UHGV virus genome: UHGV-0312702
DNA: 64,000 bases
Direction: 5' to 3' (one strand)
Source: a virus
Shown here: in pieces, positions 46,198 through 55,560 of the stretch
How positions within the stretch are numbered: the stretch's first letter is position 1
How the letters are laid out: each line of letters opens with the position of its first letter
The notes under the pieces: generated by a model
Told to the model about the DNA's origin: nothing
The model's input: the letters and a program-made list of their open reading frames with translations, nothing else
The model's database searches: none
Translations under genes and position numbers: made by a program

Positions 46198-47613
46198 TTA
46201 CCAGATGTAACGGTCAATCATTACTGCTTTGAGCATTACGCTGATTGGGTCAAACTTCTCACCACCAAGCAGGGCTTTTAAAGTGGCTGGGGAGAACCCT
46301 GATACCATTGCTACACCGTTATCCTTAACAGACACTTCGCAAGTACCACTACGGTTTGCTAAGTACCAGAATACCAGTTGTGGCATTTCGTATCCAGCTT
46401 TTTTGTACTTACTACGAATTGCTTCAAAGTTTGTACGACCATTTGCACCATCAACCTGATTGAACTCCATATCAGAGAAGATGATAAGCTTACTTGGCAT
46501 ATCTTTCTGAGTCAAGTTGTTTCTCTTGCCTGTCTCAAGAATACGGTCAAAAGCTGCTTGTAAGTTGGTTGAACCATATTCAACATGACGCATTACCTGA
46601 CGGTGACGGTTTCGTAAATCACCACTCAGTTCGATGAAATGAGGGTTTGTTGAATAAACCATTAACTCGTTCTTAAAGCAACCTGTATTGCGTTCTGCTA
46701 CATACAAGGCAAGTGATACACCAATATCGAGGGCAGTAATTGAGCCAAGATTCACCCAAGACATTGAGCTTGAAACATCAGTCATACACAAGATGTTTTC
46801 ACCTTCTGCCATCCAGTTTGGTAGTGCTTTCCACTGCTCATTAGCAACATCTGCATTACCATACTTGATAGATTTAATCACATCGTATGGATAAACAGCA
46901 CCAGCATTAATCTTAGTCTCACCCTTTGATAAGGACTCAACGTAAGCTTTGTAGCGTTCTCCATCTTTACGGTTAAATAATTTTTGGTAACGTGCAGCAG
47001 CAAGTGAAGGAATCTTACTGTAGTCAATCTTACCAAACTCATTAGCAGAGATTTTTTGTTCAACTGTATCAGATAGTGCAGACAGCAGTGTGCGGTACTC
47101 TTTCTCGCTCAAGTTTGCAAACTTACAGAAACGTTTTACAAACTGTTTGTGACGTGGTTTTACTCGTGGTAACCACTTAGCTGCTAAACCTGCTGTTGCA
47201 GGGTCTAGTAAAGCTGCTTCTAAATGTTTGAAGGCATCTGTCTCAAAACGAGTACCTACAAAGATTTTGAAGTCATCAAAGCGACCAAGCTCTGCAATCT
47301 TATCCATAATGCGAAGAACCTGTGTAGGCTCTAAAACTTTATCTTCAATCGCTTGAAGTAAAACAGTTCGGAAAGCCTTACGCTCACCCATACCTTCTCG
47401 TACATCTCGCATATGCAGTAAAATACGAACTGCAACATCAACATCCTCATGCAAAGCTTTGTAGAACAAGTCTGGTAAGATTTCTACATTGCTACGGCTA
47501 GAACCAGCAGCTTTGTAAAAGTCTACAAGAGCAGACATTGATGAAGTATGGTTTACAGCACCATTTTCAGTTCGACCTGCATGAAGGTGCGCATGTTTAA
47601 ATAATTCGCTCAT
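46198..47613 (-). CDS. Ro60/Rsr-like protein (TROVE-like N-terminus + vWA domain)
   Basis: MIDAS DVSSSM plus LGSI, GSTN...IIFSDMEF segments resembling Ro60 vWA as recalled from memory. Confidence 0.55.
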   Translation of the reverse strand: MSELFKHAHLHAGRTENGAVNHTSSMSALVDFYKAAGSSRSNVEILPDLFYKALHEDVDVAVRILLHMRDVREGMGERKAFRTVLLQAIEDKVLEPTQVLRIMDKIAELGRFDDFKIFVGTRFETDAFKHLEAALLDPATAGLAAKWLPRVKPRHKQFVKRFCKFANLSEKEYRTLLSALSDTVEQKISANEFGKIDYSKIPSLAAARYQKLFNRKDGERYKAYVESLSKGETKINAGAVYPYDVIKSIKYGNADVANEQWKALPNWMAEGENILCMTDVSSSMSWVNLGSITALDIGVSLALYVAERNTGCFKNELMVYSTNPHFIELSGDLRNRHRQVMRHVEYGSTNLQAAFDRILETGKRNNLTQKDMPSKLIIFSDMEFNQVDGANGRTNFEAIRSKYKKAGYEMPQLVFWYLANRSGTCEVSVKDNGVAMVSGFSPATLKALLGGEKFDPISVMLKAVMIDRYIW

Positions 47614-47694
47614 ATTTTACTCTCTTCTCTCATTTGTTGTTTGATGTGACAGACTTTAGAGCAACTTTGTAGAGTCTGTCAACACCTTTTAAAA

Positions 47695-48066
47695 TTATTT
47701 TTTAAGAGTCGCTACAGCAGAGAACGTTGGTTTGTTATCTGTCTGAGGTTGACCACCGTTATCGGGGGTCTTCTTAGTGTCTGCTGCAAGTGCTTTCATC
47801 TCACCTGCTGAGTGAGTAAAGATAGTTTTACCAACTTCAATCATGCTCTTGATGGTTACGTCATCTGTATTTAACCCGAACTCTGCAAGCTTAGCAGCAT
47901 CCCTTGTAACAATCGCTTCAAATAACTTTGCAGCAAACTCAGCAGAATTGTCAATGGTCAGTTGAGCTTTTACAAGTGAGCTTTTGTTACGAGAGCCTTT
48001 TGGTCTTCCAGATGGGTTTCCAGATTGGCCTTTTTTAAACTGGCCTTTGTTTGTTCTGTTTTTCAT
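47695..48066 (-). CDS. small basic protein with AT-hook-like motif
   Basis: N-terminal KGQSGNPSGRPKGSRNK. Confidence 0.45.
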   Translation of the reverse strand: MKNRTNKGQFKKGQSGNPSGRPKGSRNKSSLVKAQLTIDNSAEFAAKLFEAIVTRDAAKLAEFGLNTDDVTIKSMIEVGKTIFTHSAGEMKALAADTKKTPDNGGQPQTDNKPTFSAVATLKK

Positions 48067-48294
48067 TGCTATGCCTCTTATAAGACCTCTTAAAAGGCTT
48101 TTAAGATAAAAGATAGATATCCAGAAAGATATCTGTTTAAATAGCCTTTTTAGAGGAACCTTTTAAGTTATCTTCTAAGTATTTATAAGCCTATACCTTG
48201 TCAAGCCCTTTGTCAACAACTTTTTTAACTTGCAATAGTTCTTGACTTGTTGTATGGATTACTGTACCATCTTACTTAAAGCTGTAGGTCTGCC

Positions 48295-48477
48295 TTGTTC
48301 TACAAAGGAGACTTAATGAGAAAATCAAACAACCCGAAGAAAGGTAAGAATACCAATCACTGTAAGGAATCAAAAAGGGTAGAATTAATCTACTATTCAT
48401 CCTCTGAAATTGGTCTGTACCTGTTCTTTCAAAATTACAGAAGACAAGAGGATTATCTATGTGTAGTTCCCAATTAG
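48295..48477 (+). CDS. hypothetical protein
   Basis: 60 aa ORF with RBS AAGGAG. Confidence 0.35.
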   Translation: MFYKGDLMRKSNNPKKGKNTNHCKESKRVELIYYSSSEIGLYLFFQNYRRQEDYLCVVPN

Positions 48478-48692
48478 AAATCGCAGATATTATAGATTTA
48501 TATCAAACTGCAAAGAGTCATGGCTATATAACCTCAATTGGAAAGAATAGTCACTATGATGCTTTGACTGGAATGTATTTCAGGGCAATGGCTCAATCTA
48601 GTGAACAGCACTTGATGGTTTCTTCCAGTGAGTTTACTTCGTTTCTCTATTGCAGCAAAATTATAAATCGCAGGAGAACTGAAAAATGTTAA
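48459..48692 (+). CDS. hypothetical protein
   Basis: 77 aa ORF, start uncertain. Confidence 0.3.
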   Translation: MCSSQLEIADIIDLYQTAKSHGYITSIGKNSHYDALTGMYFRAMAQSSEQHLMVSSSEFTSFLYCSKIINRRRTEKC

Positions 48693-49276
48693 CAGTAAGT
48701 TTTAATTACAATAGTGACGGCTCTGTATCAATTAATTCACCATATGCAAATGACCTATTGAAAGAGCTAGTTAATCAGTGTGATAGAGGTCTTCACTATG
48801 TTCCAAATTCTTTTAAGCAGAAGACTATTGCTAATAACTTGATGCGCGTGACGGTTACAACATCAAACCCAAACTATGACATTGATAGTGAAAGTCCTTA
48901 CTCTTTAGTGGCTCTTGGAGAATGTAGTCAATTCAAACTTGTATGTCACGACTCAGAAACATTTCTTAAGGTGTTTTCAAACCTTATTCATAATAACAAG
49001 TATGGGTATGTTGATGGGAGTGTTAACTTCTATCCAGCGAACTATACCTGTCTATTAATTGATAATATGAGAAGTAGCAAGCAAGAACCTACAGAGATTT
49101 CATTTGATGTGAACTCTAGTCCAGACGCAGAAACAAGTAATAACTTTGATATGAGTTACGCATTATCACTTAGCAAGAAATCCGAGTTCATTGATTATGT
49201 CAATGGATTTGGTTTTAAGTTTGACGAGAGCATGAATCTCAAAAAGCTTAAGAACCTACTTAAGACCAAAGCTTAA
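48686..49276 (+). CDS. hypothetical protein
   Basis: 196 aa ORF. Confidence 0.45.
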   Translation: MLTVSFNYNSDGSVSINSPYANDLLKELVNQCDRGLHYVPNSFKQKTIANNLMRVTVTTSNPNYDIDSESPYSLVALGECSQFKLVCHDSETFLKVFSNLIHNNKYGYVDGSVNFYPANYTCLLIDNMRSSKQEPTEISFDVNSSPDAETSNNFDMSYALSLSKKSEFIDYVNGFGFKFDESMNLKKLKNLLKTKA

Positions 49277-49323
49277 GTATAAACAGGGGCTAATGCCCCT
49301 TTATCTATTTATAAGGATATTTA

Positions 49324-49695
49324 ATGAAGGCTAAGAGTGCAAAAGACTTTTATTGCTTCCTACAATCCTATATTAATTCCGTGGAGAAAGGTGAGAGATA
49401 TAATCTTAACGATGTTATTGCATCACCTTTAACATGGAGACTAAGTAGATGGCCTGAAGAAGATATCACACCAACTAGTGAACACCCTACCTACAAACCA
49501 GATATTAATCTCCCAGATTCAGAAAAGTTACTATACCCAATGTTCCACATTGTTGGGCTTGGTACGTTTCTTATGGATATTCAGTATGTAATTGGTAAGG
49601 GTTATAAGGTAGAAGGTATTGTTGTTGGTGATGTATCTCCACAACATAAAGGCTATTTTAGATTAAACGCACGTTTAGAGGCTAAAAAGAAATGA
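49324..49695 (+). CDS. hypothetical protein, paralog of N-terminal domain of next gene
   Basis: shares KAK..DF..F..G.RY...YKPD...LLY...MD(I/L)QY with 49692-50825. Confidence 0.5.
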   Translation: MKAKSAKDFYCFLQSYINSVEKGERYNLNDVIASPLTWRLSRWPEEDITPTSEHPTYKPDINLPDSEKLLYPMFHIVGLGTFLMDIQYVIGKGYKVEGIVVGDVSPQHKGYFRLNARLEAKKK

Positions 49696-50825
49696 TTAAA
49701 GCAAAGACTTACCCAGACTTCAAAGAGTTTGTAAAGGGCTTCGTTGCAAATGTAAAGGCTGGTAAGAGATATGATTTTAGAACATATCAAGAAGCTATTT
49801 TGCCACTTACCTATAGTTCATATTGGCCTGAAGCTGATATCGCAGAAGTTGAGAAGTTTGACTACAAACCAGACTACAAAGTACCTTTTAGTGATGATTT
49901 GCTTTACAGCATCGGTGCTCAAATGAGAACTTCTGACTTCTTCATGGATTTACAATATGCAATTGTCAATGGTAAAGATGTTGATACAGTGTATTGTGAA
50001 TGGTTGGCAAGAGTTAAGCCGTTCTCAATGTTAAATGCTAAGTTGAAGGATGCTATCAAACCACCATCAATCACTCAGCAACCAACCAATCAGACAGTTA
50101 ATGAGGGCGGTACACTTACCTTAAGCATTGTTGCAGCTAATGCCACAGGGTATCAGTGGAAGAAGGGTGATGAGGATATCACTAGTGCTACCTCTGCAAC
50201 TTACACAAAACAGTCAGTTGTTCCTTCTGATGCTGGTTCATACACTTGCGTTGTGTCTGGAGAGGGTGGAACAAGTGTAACTTCAGATGCAGCAACAGTC
50301 ACTGTGAATGCCTTACCAGTGATTACCAAGCAACCTTCTAACCAGACCATTAATGAAGGTGGAAACATCAGCTTAGCAGTTACTGCAACAGGTGCAACTG
50401 GTTATCAATGGAAGAAAGATGGTTCTGACATCCCTTCAGCTACAAATGCCACATATAGCAAATCTGGTGCACTTCCAGCAGATGCTGGTTCATACACTTG
50501 CGTTGTAACAGGTGCGGGAGGTTCTGTAACTTCTAACCCTGCAACAGTTACTGTGAAAGCTCTACCAGTTATCACTCAACAACCAACCAATCAGGAAATC
50601 ACTGAAGGTGAGACCTTAACGCTGAATGTTGTGGCAACAGGTGCAACAGGTTATCAGTGGAAGAAGGGTGGGGAAAACATCCCAGATGCAACGACTGCAA
50701 CTTACACCAAAGAGGGTGCAACTGCTGCTGATGCAGGAAGCTACACTTGTGTAGTTACTGGCGCAGGTGGCTCTGTAACATCTAGTGCGGCAACAGTTAC
50801 AGTTAACCCAGCAGGGGAGGCATAA
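49692..50825 (+). CDS. protein with three tandem Ig-like domains
   Basis: three ~90 aa repeats with YQWKK and GSYTCVV(T/S)G motifs. Confidence 0.6.
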   Translation: MIKAKTYPDFKEFVKGFVANVKAGKRYDFRTYQEAILPLTYSSYWPEADIAEVEKFDYKPDYKVPFSDDLLYSIGAQMRTSDFFMDLQYAIVNGKDVDTVYCEWLARVKPFSMLNAKLKDAIKPPSITQQPTNQTVNEGGTLTLSIVAANATGYQWKKGDEDITSATSATYTKQSVVPSDAGSYTCVVSGEGGTSVTSDAATVTVNALPVITKQPSNQTINEGGNISLAVTATGATGYQWKKDGSDIPSATNATYSKSGALPADAGSYTCVVTGAGGSVTSNPATVTVKALPVITQQPTNQEITEGETLTLNVVATGATGYQWKKGGENIPDATTATYTKEGATAADAGSYTCVVTGAGGSVTSSAATVTVNPAGEA

Positions 50826-51289
50826 TGCAACTCTCAAGAAAAGGTTTAGAAGCTATTAAGTTCTTCGAAGGTCTGAAGTTAGAGGCTTACGAAGACTCTG
50901 CCGGAATCCCAACAATCGGGTATGGGACAATCCGTATTAACGGAAAACCTGTTAAGATGGGTATGAAAATTACTGCTGAACAAGCTGAACAGTATCTTCT
51001 CGCGGATGTTGAGAAGTTTGTTGCAGCAGTGAACAAAGCTATCAAGGTTCCAACTACTCAGAACGAGTTCGATGCACTTGTAAGTGAAACATACAACATT
51101 GGTATCACAGCTATGCAGGATTCCACATTTATCAAGCGCCACAACGCTGGTAATAAGGTAGGTTGTGCAGAAGCTATGCAGTGGTGGAACAAGGTTACAG
51201 TCAAAGGTCAGAAGGTCACTTCAAACGGACTGAAAAACAGACGTAGAATGGAAGCTAACATTTATCTTGACAGTGTATATCCAAAGTAA
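50825..51289 (+). CDS. endolysin, T4-lysozyme-like (GH24)
   Basis: LEAYEDSAGIPTIGYGT catalytic region. Confidence 0.85.
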   Translation: MQLSRKGLEAIKFFEGLKLEAYEDSAGIPTIGYGTIRINGKPVKMGMKITAEQAEQYLLADVEKFVAAVNKAIKVPTTQNEFDALVSETYNIGITAMQDSTFIKRHNAGNKVGCAEAMQWWNKVTVKGQKVTSNGLKNRRRMEANIYLDSVYPK

Positions 51290-51298
51290 TATCTTCAT

Positions 51299-51322
51299 AG
51301 GCTCCTTCGGGAGCCTTTTTTA
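51299..51322 (+). terminator. intrinsic terminator after endolysin
   Basis: AGGCTCC-ttcg-GGAGCCT followed by TTTTTT. Confidence 0.7.
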
Positions 51323-51340
51323 TTTTCTAAGGAGAAAACT

Positions 51341-51739
51341 ATGAAACTTTGGGCTAGTGACTTTGGGACTTTTAAATACACTCGCAATGGCTCAATGGTG
51401 AGAATCATTGGCAGCCAGATTGTAGTAAATGGAGATGAGGTTTCTACAAAGTTCACTGTAGAGTTAGCTGAGCTATCACCTATTACCCGTGCTAAAGATG
51501 GGCTTTTCAGGTTCGAGATTTACAAAGTAGATGAGTATGGTCGTTTCAACCCTCTTGGAGAAAGTGGATTAGATATTATTTCTGAACACCCATTGACAGC
51601 AGAGCAATTGTCAGGTTACTATAAAACCATCCTTGAAAGAGAGTTAGCAACCCATGAATGTGAAGCAAGATACCACATCGAACGTTGTGAAACACTCAAA
51701 GAAAAGATAAAACTAGCAGAGAGAGGTTTTTATGAATAA
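51341..51739 (+). CDS. hypothetical protein
   Basis: 132 aa ORF with RBS GGAGAA. Confidence 0.45.
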   Translation: MKLWASDFGTFKYTRNGSMVRIIGSQIVVNGDEVSTKFTVELAELSPITRAKDGLFRFEIYKVDEYGRFNPLGESGLDIISEHPLTAEQLSGYYKTILERELATHECEARYHIERCETLKEKIKLAERGFYE

Positions 51740-52127
51740 TAACAGTCATATCCACGTTAAAGTTGATGTCAGTCGTTACAGCGAAAATGAAGAATTAGAC
51801 CTGAAAGATGCTCTTCTCTTTGAGAAGAATGGTAACCTTCATTTGCATTTTGAAGGCACAAATACATATCTCCACAGATGCCGAGATGATGCAGATGGTT
51901 GTCCTGTTTTTGCTTGGTATAATTTAGAGTTCCCTCTTTATGCAATCCACTACCCAGATGGTGGAGAGGACTGGACTACTCAATCAATCTTTGATGAGCT
52001 TAATGGTGTTCCAGTTGAGCAAGAAGAGCAAGAACCTGTTGAACTAACCTTTACCTTCATCAAAGAAGAGAAGGTAGGTGATTTATCTGTAACTGAAGCA
52101 ATTCAAGTCTCACAGGTTATTCGTTAA
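51732..52127 (+). CDS. hypothetical protein
   Basis: 131 aa, coupled. Confidence 0.45.
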   Translation: MNNNSHIHVKVDVSRYSENEELDLKDALLFEKNGNLHLHFEGTNTYLHRCRDDADGCPVFAWYNLEFPLYAIHYPDGGEDWTTQSIFDELNGVPVEQEEQEPVELTFTFIKEEKVGDLSVTEAIQVSQVIR

Positions 52128-52420
52128 TGAGCAAAGTACAGGTTATTTTCCCTATTTGTGACTTCTCACTAGAGCGTGAACTTGACCTGTACGAAGAGAT
52201 TACTGACGAAATCATCTGGTCTGTTGTAGAAGAGGCTATCAAGAAACTGTATGGTGGCCTCTTAAACCCATCAAGTAAAAAGCTCACTACTAAGCAAGTA
52301 GCTGATACGTATACTTCATATGATGCCTACAACAAACCTTTTGAAAATACCTGCTTTGACCTTATGGTAGGTAATAATAAAGTCAACTATTTCTTCGTCA
52401 GAGAGTTTAACGATGAGTAA
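52127..52420 (+). CDS. hypothetical protein
   Basis: 97 aa, coupled. Confidence 0.45.
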   Translation: MSKVQVIFPICDFSLERELDLYEEITDEIIWSVVEEAIKKLYGGLLNPSSKKLTTKQVADTYTSYDAYNKPFENTCFDLMVGNNKVNYFFVREFNDE

Positions 52421-52757
52421 GCTCCATGTCACAGTGTACAAAAACTTCTCAGATATCAAAGAGTCTTTGACAAATAAGCTAGATATGCAGCGTAAAAGAC
52501 TCTTTTTGATGTATGACATCGACAACTACAACCATCCTAAAGAGTTTAACTACAAAGATGGTACAAAGGTCGTTGAATTTGAAGATTCTGTAACGGTGTA
52601 TGTTAAACACGACTTACCAGCAAAGTACATAGGGATGTTAGAGTACTATATATTCAAACATACTGGTATGCGTGGTGAGTCTGTCAAGATATCTTCTATA
52701 GAAGTTTTTGAGAAACCAAACACACAACTTAAAAAGTATTTAATGAGGAAACTGTAA
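52413..52757 (+). CDS. hypothetical protein
   Basis: 114 aa, coupled. Confidence 0.45.
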   Translation: MSKLHVTVYKNFSDIKESLTNKLDMQRKRLFLMYDIDNYNHPKEFNYKDGTKVVEFEDSVTVYVKHDLPAKYIGMLEYYIFKHTGMRGESVKISSIEVFEKPNTQLKKYLMRKL

Positions 52758-53338
52758 TGCCCGAAGAGCAACAAAGTATCACTCCACAAGTGACATTAGT
52801 ACAACATTTTGGAAACATTGAAGGGTGTATTGCACTTTTTCAACCAAACATCAATTCTCCTGCAAAAGTCTGTAAGTTGACTATGAATGTCAACAATATC
52901 AGTGTTTGTCTTGTTGATGAAGTCCAATACTTCAAATTCAATGACAGAGAGGTTGATGCTGCACTATTGAAGTATCGAGCAAGCCTCGAAAAAGACATTG
53001 ACCATAAAGAGCTTGTAACACTGTTTGGTGACCTACACAAGCTTCTTGAAAAGGTTATGAAGCGTACATACTACATGAACAACGGTTCAATTATCACAAC
53101 TTTGATTTCACCATGTATCTCAGAACCTATCCTGACTGATGACGGTGGGTATTACGTGGTAGCATCAGCAGATTCTGACTGGTGGATGAAAAATACAGCA
53201 CTGAAGACGGTTATTGAGGCTATTCGTGAACACATACCTTCATTCAGCCCGTGGAAAGGTAAAGGTGACGAATTTATCGCACTTTTGAGTGAAGAGAGCA
53301 ACAAACGCAGTGCATTACTGCCTAAAAAATACTCTTGA
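52757..53338 (+). CDS. hypothetical protein
   Basis: 193 aa, coupled. Confidence 0.45.
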   Translation: MPEEQQSITPQVTLVQHFGNIEGCIALFQPNINSPAKVCKLTMNVNNISVCLVDEVQYFKFNDREVDAALLKYRASLEKDIDHKELVTLFGDLHKLLEKVMKRTYYMNNGSIITTLISPCISEPILTDDGGYYVVASADSDWWMKNTALKTVIEAIREHIPSFSPWKGKGDEFIALLSEESNKRSALLPKKYS

Positions 53339-53421
53339 CCGAGTATACAGTACTGATTATGATGGGAGCTATCGAGAGGTAGTTCCCTTTTTAGTTTCTA
53401 GAGAAACGTTACGGTGAAAGA

Positions 53422-53640
53422 ATGAAAAAACTAACTACAGTTGAAGATTACTACAAACTGTCTTTATTAGAACAGTATCGTAGAAGCCAGAACATAAGAA
53501 AGTGCTACGGTAAACACGCTGAAGGTGACTTCTACCATTGCTACGATGCAGATTTAAAAGGTGTAACACCTAGAGGAAAAGTCCTACAAAGACTTGTTGA
53601 CCTTGAGTGGAACAAACGATTGAGAGGGATTGGAAAATGA
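53422..53640 (+). CDS. hypothetical protein
   Basis: 72 aa ORF. Confidence 0.4.
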   Translation: MKKLTTVEDYYKLSLLEQYRRSQNIRKCYGKHAEGDFYHCYDADLKGVTPRGKVLQRLVDLEWNKRLRGIGK

Positions 53641-54140
53641 TTTATGAAGAAAGATACAAAATAGACTATCAAGATACTCGTCATCACACCTCTTTGAGAG
53701 TAACCAAACCAAATGGGGATACCGGTATCATAGCACACTTTGGTGGTGATTATTGGTACGGTACAGGTTGCTTTGAAGGCTACACTCAAGAATACTTGAA
53801 AGCTTTCTACAGAGACTTTACAAATGACTACAACAGAGTTGTTGAAGAGAAGAATAAGTGCATTAAGCATGAATACCATGCCAGAGGTTGTCTGAATATT
53901 GCTATGATACTGGTTTTCTTCTTAGCAACATTACTAGCCGTATCAGCAATCAGCTACATAGCTCAAGACTTGACCATTACACAGATTACCGCAAAGGTAT
54001 ATGATGTTTGGTACTTGTATGCTGTTCCTTTAGCTGGTATCATCATCTCACTACTAAGATTCAGAGTTCATAAGAAACGACTTAAGGACTCGGAGATTAA
54101 ACTTGAAGAGGTAAGTAAAGAATGCAACCTACAATTATAG
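53637..54140 (+). CDS. membrane protein
   Basis: TM segment NIAMILVFFLATLLAVSAISYI plus a second hydrophobic stretch; ATGA-coupled start. Confidence 0.45.
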   Translation: MIYEERYKIDYQDTRHHTSLRVTKPNGDTGIIAHFGGDYWYGTGCFEGYTQEYLKAFYRDFTNDYNRVVEEKNKCIKHEYHARGCLNIAMILVFFLATLLAVSAISYIAQDLTITQITAKVYDVWYLYAVPLAGIIISLLRFRVHKKRLKDSEIKLEEVSKECNLQL

Positions 54141-54216
54141 CTGTATGTGTTCGTTTTGCAATCGCTGAAATGATTAACAAGGCAATCTTAAAAGATGCCT
54201 ATGGAGAGACTAAGTA

Positions 54217-54441
54217 ATGATTAAGACACCTGTACCAATTTTTGGATTTCCTTCTATTGAAGAGTTCAAAGTTTATCTTGACAAAAACTTCTACAATGAG
54301 CAGCCTGTTACTTTGCTGAAGAGTGACCTATCAGAGCTTCTTGATATGGTTATCAAGGCAACTTCTGAGAAGGAACCTGAGCAGAAAGCTGAGAAGAAGA
54401 CTAGTAAGAAATCCGATAAGAAGACTGAAAAGTCTGAGTAG
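54217..54441 (+). CDS. hypothetical protein
   Basis: 74 aa, Lys/Glu-rich C-terminus. Confidence 0.4.
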   Translation: MIKTPVPIFGFPSIEEFKVYLDKNFYNEQPVTLLKSDLSELLDMVIKATSEKEPEQKAEKKTSKKSDKKTEKSE

Positions 54442-54494
54442 TAGCTTGAGGGGTTATTTGATAGCCCCTTTATAGAAACTTAGAAGGTAGCGAA

Positions 54495-54959
54495 ATGAAA
54501 GTTAAAGTAGTAGTTCAAAAAGCAATGCTTAACAACTCAACTAAAGATAAAATGTACAAAGAGATTTGTGATAAGTTGAATTGTTCAAGACATGCTGCTA
54601 AGGCTCTTGTACATTGCTTTATCTTGGAATGCTCAGAAGCTTATATGAAACATGTAGCTTTTGAAAGTTCTAGCTTACTAGGTGATGTAGAAGTTGGTGA
54701 GAAGCTAAAAGAGCCTGAGATGAAAACAGTTCCTAAAGTTGGTAATGTATACCGCCTTAAAGACTTCAAGACTGGAGAGGTTGTTGCAAAAGGTGTAGTA
54801 GAATCTGTTTATCATGACGGTAAATACCTATTTAAGATATTTGAGTGTGATAGCATCTATTTACATTTGTTTGGGCTTACATTCTTAGTAACAGAAGAAG
54901 ACCTCATTAAGAACAACGGCAACAAGTTTGCAGTTCCAGCTTACCAAGTTTTACGATAA
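54495..54959 (+). CDS. hypothetical protein
   Basis: 154 aa ORF. Confidence 0.45.
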   Translation: MKVKVVVQKAMLNNSTKDKMYKEICDKLNCSRHAAKALVHCFILECSEAYMKHVAFESSSLLGDVEVGEKLKEPEMKTVPKVGNVYRLKDFKTGEVVAKGVVESVYHDGKYLFKIFECDSIYLHLFGLTFLVTEEDLIKNNGNKFAVPAYQVLR

Positions 54960-54972
54960 TGGTGTGATAGAT

Positions 54973-55521
54973 ATGGAAAAAGATAACTTAAAAGATGTTG
55001 AAGGTAACTATCTAGTCCTTGATTGGAGTGATGCTCAAGAAGCACTCTCTGAAGAAAGTCTTGACAGATTAAAACAGATTGTTTTTGCAGTACGGGGTTA
55101 CAGAGAAGTTAAAAATGGTAAAGACCCACTTGAAGGAGTCTTTGTAGAGAAATCTTATCCGTTCTATGAAGACACTTTGCAGAAAGTCAAGATGTACTTT
55201 AGACAGAAGAACCGTAAAGTGGTCACTATGGTATCTCTTGGTGGACAGAGTATGTCTGTGATGGAAGATATCAACCCTAAGAGACCGAGTAAAGGTGTTT
55301 GTATAAAAACCACAGGTCATGAAGAGTACATCTCAGTGGATGATTTTAGTTCATTCTGTAGTGGTTCTTGTGTCTTTAATGGTTTTCACTATGATATCCG
55401 AGTGTACCCAATCAAGGGAGATGATATCATGATGCAGGTATTCGATAATAACAATGGATTTACTCATTTTTATCAGACAACCAAGTCATCGCTGAAGACA
55501 GTTCTGGAAACACTGATTTAA
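54973..55521 (+). CDS. hypothetical protein
   Basis: start set at internal ATG 54973 to avoid overlap. Confidence 0.4.
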   Translation: MEKDNLKDVEGNYLVLDWSDAQEALSEESLDRLKQIVFAVRGYREVKNGKDPLEGVFVEKSYPFYEDTLQKVKMYFRQKNRKVVTMVSLGGQSMSVMEDINPKRPSKGVCIKTTGHEEYISVDDFSSFCSGSCVFNGFHYDIRVYPIKGDDIMMQVFDNNNGFTHFYQTTKSSLKTVLETLI

Positions 55522-55532
55522 AATATCTTAAG

Positions 55533-55560
55533 AGCCTCCTTAATCGGGGGCTTTTTAATT
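55533..55560 (+). terminator. intrinsic terminator ending the plus-strand block
   Basis: AGCCTCC-ttaatc-GGGGGCT followed by TTTTTAATTTTT. Confidence 0.65.
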
